Shown: positions 37,556 to 49,300 of the stretch, piece after piece
Layout: each line of letters opens with the position of its first letter
Numbering within the stretch: the first letter of the stretch is position 1
DNA from: Haplodiscus bocki
Lineage: Eukaryota
Direction of reading: 5' to 3'
NCBI GenBank assembly: GCA_965655095.1
Contig: OZ296648.1
Coordinates: 66,216,001 to 66,280,000 of the forward strand
Length of the DNA: 64,000 nucleotides
Position numbers and translations under genes: made by a program
The notes under the pieces: generated by a model
What the model was told of the DNA's origin: nothing
Seen by the model: the letters and a program-made list of their open reading frames with translations, nothing else
Databases searched by the model: none

Positions 37556-40299
37556 GGTCGGTAATTGTAAGTGAGACTTCAATTTACCGGGGTGGGTCTT
37601 CTCGGTGTGTTGGCAAAAGGTGGTAGCTGCTGACACACTGAGATGCGGTGGGGACGCCAATCCACTACAAACTTGACGTCTTGCCTCGGGCCGCCTGTTA
37701 GGGTGATGAAATCTCCCTCATAATTGTCAGTTGCTATGGAGGTGCTGGAGGTGAATGAGCAACGTGCCAGTTCATGTATTGGTCGGGTGAAGAACAGCAT
37801 AAGAAGTTATCAATTACATCGCTGAAAACGTAGATTGGCTCACTTGCCATTGGTTTTATATCTTCATCTCAAATGACTCGACATCTCATTTCGGCCATTG
37901 CTTTTCCTTTGGCTCAATATAACGGCGTTATGAGCAAAGAAATTTATGAAAAATTGTGAGTGTTCAGTTCGGAAAACAGAAGTGGGAGATGGGTGAAAAT
38001 CCGAAGGTTTTTTTGAGCAAAAGACCAAGCATTTATGTTTCCTGTTGGAACGAAAGTTCTTCCCGGGGTGGGATGGTTAGAATGAAGAGAATAGCAGTTC
38101 ATTCCAAGCGTTTTGTCAGTGAACTTCTTTTTTATATTCACACTTGAATTTTATATCATCATCATTATCTGTTGTTGACTAGTTCAGAGGTTCTAAAGCT
38201 CTACTTCGCTTTGACGTGTGTTCTTTCACCTGTAATCGACCGAAAGACCAATCAGAATGAACCATGATCAATATAGAGAAAATGATGAAAGTTGAGTCAT
38301 TTTTGTTAACTCAAAACATGTGAAAGTTAATGTAGGTGAAATGATTTGCAACTCTGAATGATGTTCACCTGTGTTGTAAAAACATATACCGTGTTTTCTC
38401 AGTAGGAAGATGTCAGTAAGAGCTTAGATGTGACAAAAAGCATACTTTGCAATAACGATGTCCTGTTGGTAGTGAGTTGTAGCTTTCAGTGGATTTCCTT
38501 ATTAATTTTTCAGTTGTTAGATTATACCGTGTGTCTTGGTCAATATTGTGGTTACAGACTCGATTCGACCCAAAATTTGAAGGTGAGGGTCAGTCGCTTG
38601 TTCTTTCACTGTTGAAAACTTAATGAGGGTTGCGTTTTTCTTTTGTGTTAGATATGCCGAATCAAGAACTTCTTGATGGTTGAAAGCAACGTTATCGCTT
38701 GGCTGGAACACCTTTTTTGTTTTCTCATAAACGCGGTAAAAGACTGCAAATACGTGTTTCTTGTTCAAGGCGTCCCATTTCAGAAATGGCACAAGTTGCT
38801 AACATGTTGCCATGTAAGTTTAATAGCTGCCATTGCTTTCATATTCGTTCCAACGGAAGGAGCGCTGGCAAAGTCGAAAGTATTGGGAGCTCCCCAGACC
38901 ATCCGCGATTTAGCGAAATCGAGATAGTTTTGGTCGAAGGGACGGCCAAATACCACCAAAAGCATGACTTTAATGACAGTTGTGTTTTTGAAAGATTCCA
39001 CTGCGAATGTTTCGAAGGCAACAGTATTTGTTGGTGTAACTGCTGTTGGACTAAAATGTCTTCTGTCAATTACCAACAATTGAAACAAAGCTTCCGAAAA
39101 ACTTCGACAAAACAAACTTGATGCTTTTAGGTAAGGTGGAAGAGTGGAGAAGTTTGTGGAAGCAGATCCATTTGGAGTGCTTGATGAGTCAGATGATGGG
39201 TACGCCGAAAGCCGCGTCTGTATGGAGGAAGTGACAAGAAATGTAAAACCAATCGAGTTGAATCATGTGGATAGTTCTTTCCGTTCCGAAAAAGATCAAA
39301 GAAATAGTCTTGTTTCGGTTCAGCGGAAGTCAAGCGAAAAAGACGTGAGTCCGGTGGGCCTCTGTCAAAGACCGCTTTGTTTCCAATCGGAGCGGGAGGT
39401 GACGGAATTGTATCTAACTGGCGTGTGTCACGTACAGGACATCCGTCTTCTGTTACGTCCCAGGTCCGGGTCACTGATTATGGCACTTCAGATTTCAAAC
39501 CGATTGCTCGAAGATGGGTTATTGAGCCAACTGTGACTGGTGTTACTGGTCTACTGGTGTCTTTTGCGATGGATTGGTAGAAGTATCGTCCTTTCCTGAC
39601 GTTGTGGCGTAGCCAGCACTAAGATCCGTCGAGACAAAGTATCATCCCAGTGACTCTCTAAGGACTATGTTGAAAGATTGTTTATTGAAAATCATCTCAC
39701 TGATCTTGGTCCAAATTAATCAAGTTTTTTGGTTGACTTCTGATCACTTGATCTAGCTCACGAAGGTAGCTGGTATGGAATGTGTCATTCATCGTTACCT
39801 CAGCAATAGTGGAAGATTTGTTACTTGAGACTAGTGCAAAGACTGGAAGATTTGGTGAGGGTGATGAGGTAAATGGACTGTCACTTTGGTTTAGTAAGGT
39901 TGGTTCTATCAATGCTGAGGACGTTGCTTCCCATTCGTTTCATCTACTGCCGGCTTTTACTAAGTGAGTGGCCAGCAAACTGTTGCTTGAGTCCGCTACC
40001 TAGCAACCATGCTCCAGAAGTCAAACTTACGAGTCGTTGATTTTTTCTCAAGCCCAATCCATTGACATCATTGATTCGCTCAGTTGTCAAATAGTAGATG
40101 AGTTTGAAATTCTTCATGTTGTCGAGGGGCTTTCGGCCAATTTCTATTCTGCGCTGTGGTGTTGGCGGAGAAGGTTGTGTTTTCACACTGGAGATATTAG
40201 ATGTAGCTCCTTTTCACTAGTTCACCACTTGAGCGGAAAACCCATAGAAGAAACTTCACTGTTTTTCTTTCGTAATTGGTGAGAAAATAATTTCGATCG

Positions 40300-41400
40300 T
40301 GTCACGGAGTTCATATTTACTAAAACGGCACCGTCTTCGAGAGATAATCGGAAGTTTCGTGCTCGTCAGCATACAAAAAATGTTTGAGGTTCAGATAGGT
40401 GGACGTTGTTTAGGTAAAATTAGGGATCAGAGAAAAAATGATCTTGCATTTCGATGTTCTTGTTTTATATGACAGGTAAATTTTTTTCCAAAATTATTGA
40501 GTAAAATCCATCAATTTTCTGTCCGACGGTCCTAGATTTTGGATGCGAATTACGTTAAGTGTTTCCGCCCTGTTTAAAACATGGTAAAACAGTCTCCCGC
40601 TCATTTTGAACGTTTCTTTGGATCCATTTTTTCAATTGTGTTCACAATTGTTCATCTCTCTCACCATATTGTACCACGTCTGCTGGAATTTGCCACTGAA
40701 ACAAGGACGTTTCTCAAAGCGTTCAAGTTTTGAGCCTTTTTGAAAAATTGAATAGGTTTACCGGAAAAGACCAGGAACTTTTCAAAGTCGTAAGAGGTGG
40801 CAATGTTTCTGTAGAATGCAAATTAAATGGTGTTTTTTGCTGAGAAGGTTTTCCTCTTCCTAGTTTTGAGATTTTAGGGCCAAATTGTGAAAATTTTGAA
40901 AAGTTTCAACGAAGAAACAATGGGAAAAACTGATGGAGATGTAGTTCTTTTACGAGAAGGACTTTTATCGTCTTTTTGGAAGCCTTTTTTAGGAGGTAGG
41001 CGGCCGTGTTGAGGTTAATTTTGTCAAAAAGAGTGGGGCAGCTGTGGAGATTAGAAGACTCTTGATGCAAGTTAGTTAGTTGACGGGCATTAAGCGAGTA
41101 CTGCTGATTTCAATCGGACTGCTTTCTGCATCTCCGCTAGTTGTTTAATTTTGTAATGGCAGGGCCATAAGGGGCAACAGTACCACGTTTAGTCTTTTGG
41201 TTCAGTCAGTTGGATAGGAAGTAAAGTGTGGAGATTAGGAAGAAGTTTCGACGCCTTTTCAATACCAAAACTATAGGTGACGTAGGTTGGGAGTCAGGTT
41301 GGAGCGACATGGAATTCAATGCTATTTATCTTATTGTTGTGTTTTGATTTTGGGAAAACCCCGTGTTCTTTTTGTGCAGCTAGCGAAGGATGTGTCATCA
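40300..41400 (-). repeat. Candidate 3' LTR of the minus-strand element
   Basis: On the minus strand it follows a degenerate purine tract (AGGAGCGATAAA), begins TG and ends GTGACA at 40300, and is non-coding. No partner LTR is visible. Confidence 0.35.
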
Positions 41401-41424
41401 TTTATCGCTCCTAAAGGGGCGTAT

Positions 41425-43300
41425 TCAAAAACGAAATTTTGTGTTGATTAAAAACCTCGAAACGGTATCATTGGCTTGGGAAAACGGAAGCATTTTATGA
41501 GAATGACGCTTGCTTAATATGAAAACGCTGTCCTTCGGGCTCAAAGTTATGTGGTTTGGACAGCGCAGCTGTTGAGTGCGACATCCAGAGTTGCAACGAT
41601 TATCTGTTGTGGAGTTGGGGACCAAGGTAGTTTCCATTAAGTTGATTAAACAATTCAAAAAAGCTGTGGTTGCAAAGTTGAAAAGTGGGCGTGAAATACC
41701 TTTTTTAAAACTGATTTCAACGCAGACTGAACAATTGTTACACAATCCCAGTTTCAGCGTGATGGGAAAGATTGGCATGGTTTCCCAGTTCGTACCCTGG
41801 TTTTTTCGCCTAATAGGTTTAAAAGATGAACGCATGGCTGAGTCTATGCAGTACTTCAGAAGTGTTAGAATGAGTGATGGAGGTTTGAGAATTCCGTTAA
41901 CCAAAATCTTGTCGCGTTTTGTTTCATAGGACGTGTTGTTTGTTGCCGGATACGGAAGGTGGGATCATGGATTTTTCCTGAGAATTTCCTGCAGTGCAAG
42001 AGGTGATATCGCACAAGCCGGAAATCTCTGATCAATTATTGAGACTGGGCAGCCGCATGAGTTCCAGGCTGTTGAAGGACGAATGTGTGTAGTTTGCTGT
42101 GTTACGAGTTTTACTGATGGAATGAAAGTTTTTCCATTCTGACTAGGGTCATAGTTTTACTGGAATTAACAGAGATGTTTTCTGTGAAGCACTAAAACCC
42201 TTCTAATGCGATTGTTCAGGATTCTGGCGAGGCTTTCAGATCAAATTAGCCCAAGTGAAACCAGATAGCCCTAATTTCTGACCAGATGCTAGAACTCCTG
42301 CATCGACTGTTGAGAAAAATGGCGCAGCGTGGTGTTGTTCTGAGTGATAAATCTGACTGAGAGGCTTTACGTTCATTTGGTTTCGCTGTATAAGAGTTGT
42401 TGAAAATCTCTTGTTTTCACGCAATAGACCGGGTTCTTTACCAGGGCGCTGAAAATAAAAAGATCCAGAATTGACAGCGGAAATAAGACGAAGACAAATG
42501 TGGTGCCCTGAAATTTGATGAAGGGACATGCAAAACTTTTGAATAACAGCGTAAGCAGTACAACCGATACGCTGCAGAAGAACTGTTCGGGCATCCAAAA
42601 TTAAGTCTGATTTGGCTTTTACCCAGCTTGTTGTGCTTATAATGTAAAATTCACTTTGTTGAAAACACAAGCTGTTGACTGTTATCAGCGCTTGTTCCAA
42701 AACTTTAGTTCGTCAGGTTGGTTGGCTCGTGATACGCGGAATGTCCCTATGGAATTTTACGTGGAATTGTGACTGAGGCCAGACATATTCAATTGGATGA
42801 CTTAGTAACTACGCTTGCTTTTAGAGAAACGGTTTCAACCTTGTTTGCATATCCTGACTTGGAAGAGAGTGCACGTGTCGTGCATCCGACCGTTGATGTC
42901 TGTGCATAAGTCACGTGATCTTCACACTGCCCAACGTTGAGCTTATAACGGGGCGGATCAATACAACTATTGAGGACTTTTTATGTAACATTGAATTACT
43001 AAAGGGAAATTTGCTTGGAAACTCTTTTGAAAGAAACTTGTCTCAGGACGCTCAATCAATTGCCAATGCTGTATTTTTGGAAACTTTGTTGATTTTTTGT
43101 GAAAAAGGGCTATAATCCCACAGCAATTTTTAGAAAACTGTTTTTTTCCACATTCATGGCATGGTGTAGAGTGAAGTGGCGAAATCATGCGACATTACGA
43201 GGACTGCAGTTGACAAAAAGTTGCCCTGTCCAGTGAATCAAAACGTCTTTTTTTCGCGGGAAAAGCTGCCCGACTGACGCCTTCATCCAGCACAAAGTCC
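41425..43300 (-). pseudogene. Env-like third ORF remnant
   Basis: Located between IN and the putative PPT. Fragments of 154 aa and 159 aa are Cys-containing and include a hydrophobic Gly/Ala segment AAPFFSTVDAGVLASG..LGLSG after a possibly decayed basic cleavage site. Confidence 0.4.
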
Positions 43301-46300
43301 TCGTCCAGACCTTGGGAAAACTGAACATGCTTTTTCTGTTACTTTAATAACCGATATGTTGAAATCGGCTCGCTAATCTTCCGGTGCTGATTCCTCTTGA
43401 GCTTTTTTGTTTTATCAGCTACATTGAATTTGCCCAATGTGATGCTGTCATCTGTGTTGAGCTGTTGTATTCAATGGTAGAAATATATTTTTTGGGCAAC
43501 TATAGTACCTGTATGTATCTGAGCAGGTACGATTAGGATTAGGGCGTTGCTCTATTTTTTACTCCACTGGGTTAGATGGGATCTTTTGCTGGGATACTTT
43601 GTTTCGTGGGGTCAATACCTTCATACCTTCAGTCGTTAAAGATGGTCTCTCTGTAAGGATGGTCAACCTTGCTTGGGTTCATAACTGGGTATTTTGTCAA
43701 TGTTTGACCAGCTTGTCGGGTTAGATTCATCACAATTACTTGACTCAAAAAGGGTCTTAGTGTCTAGGAACTAATGGGTTGAATTATGGTTTGGCGAGTT
43801 CGTTCTAAGTGGGTCGAAAAATGGTAGGTTTCCTCGTTTTGACCGTTGCGAAGTTCATGAATCTGTTGAGGGATTTGAAAGACGGCATCCGGACTCTGTG
43901 CATGGCTTTGGTAAAAGCCACGTTCAATGAGATCACTGCATGCGTAAGGAACATCATACAATGGTCCTCTGACTTCTGCTTTCATGCGAGGGTGTGCATA
44001 TCATCCTGCGGTATGATGATCATATCATCGATTTGCCATTGAGCCTCCTGAGAGGCATCTTCAGGAGCGTTCTTCAGGATTGTGTTTACTGAAATGCATG
44101 AGAAATTGAGTTTTGTCAAAATTGAACTCGCGCACATTGTTTTTCTCTGTCTCGTGTACCTTTTTAACCATTTATGCGCCGATCCAACCCTGAAAGGTTT
44201 CTTGATCCTCAGTATTTTGCTTTTAGCTGAAGTTAGAGACAGTGACTATTTCTTTCATGCTAGGACTTTGGTTCTTCTGTTGCAGTGTTTTTCTGTATTT
44301 GTCGTGAAAGTGCATGCCTTGCTTCTTGGTGGTATCACAGAGAAGTTTCATTCTGCACAGCAGCTCGTCTGAAATTTTCGAAGTTGGTGTTTTGTTTGGA
44401 TTGATTCTCAGTCTAAGTTTGTGGTCTCTTAGGTTACGTGGGACTCTTCTAGGGATTAGTCGCCTTGATTCGCAGTCCATACTGGAGTGATACATGTGTG
44501 ATGTTTCAAAAAAGCAGTCGGTCAAAAGTTGTGCTATTGTTTGGGTACCCGCCAGTATCCATTTCCAAAGAGGTCCTAATTGTGGCATGGGCCTGCTCCA
44601 AAAGTCCGATTGTTTGGGCATGATTGGTTGTGGCATGCTTCAAGTTGATACTTACTATGTGTTCCACTTCTTGACTCTTTTGGAAATTGAAAACGGATCC
44701 ATTGTCTGTTGTAATAATTGAAGGCAAGTCTGCGTATTGTCTCAGGATATCTTTGATTACTTTTGCTGTGTTGATGCTGTGGGGTCAGAAGCTTGGTACA
44801 CAAGTTTTTCTCGCAAAAAAACGTCTTATATTGTTGTAATTTTCAGGTAGCTTCCCCTTGGTGGGGGTCTTGGTAGTAGATCAATTTGCACGAGCTCCAT
44901 GCAAGCGTCCATTTGGGATTTGGGAGAAGAGTCAGTGCTGGAATAATCTGACTGTTGTTTTTGTGTTTGTGTAGAAAGCATGTTTCACAATCAGGGACCC
45001 AGCTTCCCGAAGGTTCCAATTGCCGGAAAGTAGTTCTCCTTTTAGAAAACCTTGCATTGTTTTTTCAATGCCCGGGTGCCTGTCTCGTGACCCATATAGT
45101 GACTGTAACAATATTTTGAGTAGTTGTCCCGGAAACAGGACTTGTAACTGACTTTTTTTGCCGACGCCATTGAAGTAATATCGGCAGAAGAAGTCGTCCT
45201 TGGAGATGATACGTTTCTTGTTTCCTGAATGATGCATTTAGCTTCAATGATTACTTGTTAGTTTTTGCTCGTCAATTAGTAAACCAAACATCTCGCGTTT
45301 AAAAGGGAGTAGGGTGAAAACTGCGTCTTGTCCAAAAAACATTCGGGTTATGTTGTTCCGTAGTGCAGTAAGATTGATTGTTGTAAGTTTTTTGCAAGTC
45401 ATTTGAGAGATAGTATAACACTTTAATAACTGCTAAATCAAACGAGATAGTGCGTCGTAATTATTCCATGCGTTTTAAAGTTGTTTTTTAGTAGTTTGAT
45501 GTGGGTGTATGGTATCACAAAACACCTGTTCCTAATGCGGTAAGCCTCTAGTTTCAATATTTGCTTCCATCGATTTTGCGGCATTTTGCTCTGGTAGTTT
45601 AATGACTGTTCTTTCACTTGGGGTTTTTCATAGACGTTATTAAAACTTGCTGAACAGATCACTTGCAGTGGGATATGTGCTATAGTAGATATGAATTTTC
45701 AAAAAAAATGCTGGCATCCTATAACCATAGAAGATTCGTTTTGTTGGGAAGACTGGGGCAACTGATTCGCCATCGGTCCTGATAAGCACTGGTTTGTTCG
45801 TTCTCCAAAAAAAAATTTGTCTAACAACCTTAGAAGCCAACCGAAGGGCTAGCAAATGTTTTGCAAATACTGACATTTTTGCTTGGGTTGGTGTGAACGT
45901 CTTGGAATCAATTTTTTTCGGGGAATGGGCCTTGCATGCTGACGTGTTTTTTTGATTGGGTCGTCCTCAGTCAGTACTGCTTTTACAGCAGCCTAAAAAA
46001 ATGCGTCAGTCATGAGGACTAATTGTTTACTATGTAAAGATTGTCGTAGTGCTAGGTGGCAGGATTGCTATAAAATCTCCTTGGTTTTCCTGAATTCTTT
46101 TGTTTTCTCAAGGTTAATCGTGACTTTGATTTTGGTGTCTATGGTTTAAAGGAGTTGGCAGAATGGGGTTAAATAATCGGCCAATCCAAATTCATTGTTT
46201 CCGTACTAGTTCGAGAATATAATATATCATTGAAGTGCTTTTGAAAACGTGGAAGTTTGACCTTACCAAGAATTTGGCCGATTTTTTTTTGTTTTAAGGT

Positions 46301-49300
46301 GCGACTCGTTTTGCGGCTGTTGTCCGTCCGAGGAGGTCTACTTAAGCCATGCTGAGTTTAAGATCCGTTTTCCGACGCCATTGGAAAGCAGCGCGTAAAT
46401 TTTTTTAATTTTTTGACCAATTGAAGAAGGGTGTCAACGGCTATGCTAATATCATCAACGTATTGTGCAGATTGGTTTGGCTTTGATGACTGAGTCTAAA
46501 CATTTGCGACTGAAGCTCGAGACTGCAAACAAAGGTCGACAAAGTCCTAATGCCAATCTTCGGTATGCGAATATTTTGCTTGCGGAATTAAAAGCTATCA
46601 TTTCAATTGATTTCTGGACAACCACTTGGAGGCAGTGGTACGCTTAGGGACAATAAAACTTGCAAAACAAGATTTCACCTGCCATGTGTTGCGCTGCGTC
46701 AGTTAAAGGTTTGACTGGATTTTTAATAAAAATGCAGTCGTCAGCAAAGTGGATATTGATTTTCTCCAGGCCAACCAAAAAGCGCAGTTTTCAATGGGTT
46801 TGTAGTTGTGCAAAAATTGGACCTGAATTTTTGCAAAAAGATGATTTTGTAGCGATGGTGTTTTTGCCGTGTAGGGCGTTTTCAATGAGAACGTCATCCT
46901 TGAAAATGATTGCTGCTATGAAAGTTTGACTGTAAACGAGTCTCTGATCTAGTGGTGGTAGCTTGTCCATTAGACCTGTGCCAATTCAATTGTCAAAACA
47001 GTTTCTTTTGAAAATGTGGAGGAATTCGAGAAGTAGTGCTTCGACAATATGTTTGATTTTGAGATCTAGTTAGATATTCTGTCCGCTCGAAAAAAATTGT
47101 GTTCCTGATTCTGGGTTGTATTGCGGATCAAGTTTTTCTCGTTTTCCCACTTCATGTAGCTGATTCCGGATACGCGTCGCTGTGGTTGTGTGTTCCCGTT
47201 CCTTGGGATTTTTTAGCGTTGGGATACTATCAGTCTCGTTGACTTCGTCTGTCTTGCGTGTTTTCAGAAATTTTTTTATATGATGAATTGCATCATCTTG
47301 TTGGTCTTTAGATGTCGTATCCAAATAAGGTTGACAGGTGAAATATGTTTAGTTGGTTCAAGGGTCACCATATATATTTGGTGAGAAATTTGATATATAT
47401 GTGGTTTTTTTACATAGGTTTATTTGTCTGTGTTCTTAGGAGTGCTGGAAAAATCATTTTTCAAATGAGGTGACGGTTGTAGTATGCCGTTAGCTTCGTT
47501 TACTCTTTAGACTTTTCACTTGAGTAAATTCTAGTTCCGTTGTCAGTATGAAGTGTAAATTCCAATCGGTCTAGCATCAAGTCGATCACATTAGGGTAAG
47601 TCCGATCTTCATTTTTAGGTTTCATAGAGATGGCAAAACATGGGATTCCGTGACGCAAATCTATTCTTTCATTGGCGCTTCGCAGGAACAGAATACGAAC
47701 TAACGGATTTTTTGGATTAGTCTTCCCTGAGACGTTTTCTCTGAAGTTGGTATCATCGATTTCGAAGTTCACATTCTATTCTTGCAATAGTGTAGACAAA
47801 CTATGTGTTCATCAGCAGCACGAATTTCAAGAAAACAACGACCTGTCCTTCAATATTGCAAGTGGAGCTAGTAAAGAAATTTATCACAAATCGGCAAAGC
47901 CAATTAGGGTTTGACAAGGCGCCTGTATCTATGAAGCCATCAATATTCAAATCACCGATGTCCACGGCAAAGTAGAACATCCAGCGTTTGTTTTTCAGTT
48001 GCAGGTTCTTTGACAGAAGGGGAAACTTTTTGAGTCCATCTGGAGTTTTCGAGGGCTCCGGCAAAAGGTGAGCATCAAGGACTGTAATTTGATTTTGTTT
48101 TTTTTTTTGGACGCGGAGGCATGTTTGGCCACGGCTATGTATCAAATAAAGGTTGATTTACAGTCCACGAAATCGTTTTTGCGTAGCGAAGTGCATCTGA
48201 CACATTTGAGACAGTGATTGCATTTTTTTTCGATTTTGTGATCGAAACTATCGTGGTTTCTTTTAAATTCCAGTTTCTGTTGTTCGTGTAAAATGTCATC
48301 CCAAGGGAAATCACATCTGTGTCGATTGTCTGCGAAGTATTCGTCTTTTGCAACAACCTCTGAAAGAAGACTAAATAGGAAGTTCCATTAGTATATATAG
48401 TCGTTTTTGTACAATCGGAATGTTTTTTTTTGGATCGAATGAGTGGTTTTCTCACCGTTGAACGAAACGTTTTCCCATTTGTTGCATCAAGACAAATGGT
48501 GATATTCAGTTGTTTTACTTTTGTTGGTTGGGGATCACAATTACGTGTGGGTCAGGTCAGACGTATTGTCTTGCTGATGTGTAATTTGCCCACCAGAACT
48601 GTGGATATTTCAGTTTCAAATGTTTTTATTGTTGGATATAGGTGATCTTTAGGTCAAACCGCTTTTTTCTTGCCCTTCTGGTGCGTAACTGTTGGTGGGT
48701 CTTGCTGCTTAAACTTTTCAAGTCTTCAGGTGGCATTGGGACCGCTCCAGCAGTTTTTCGACGATGGTTGGTTTGTTGACAGTTTGGAAAACGGGCGAAA
48801 GTCTCCAGTGCTGACGACTTGTCGTTTTCGTTCGAAGGGTCATTTTTCTGTTCTTGCTTCTGTTTCACCCTCTTGGGGAATTTTTTATTGAAGTGAGCTC
48901 TTAGTTTTCTACAATAAAGACAGACAGTTTTTGTATTGGTCTTATTTCGTGGGTTGTCATGTTAGGGCGCTGCTGTCATTTTGGGTAAAGGTAATCGCCA
49001 TGGTTCTCCAAGCCGTTATTCTCTAGTTATTTTGCAAGGTGCGTTGGGATTTTGTCATTTGTGCTACTCTTACAAAAGGCGAAACTGATTCTTCCTCTAA
49101 AACGAGTGGGTAGTTCTGCATAGAACAAATTGTCTCTCAAGGGTGTTATCACCAAACGCACCTTCTGCACCTTCATTAATTTCTGCTGAGAAACTGGGTG
49201 TGGATTTTGAATTGGGGTTGAACGTGAGCTTGTGCGTCTTACGTTTGGCTGTAGTTTTTGTTCCTTGTTTAAACGTCCTTTCTTTGTGAGACACCTAACA

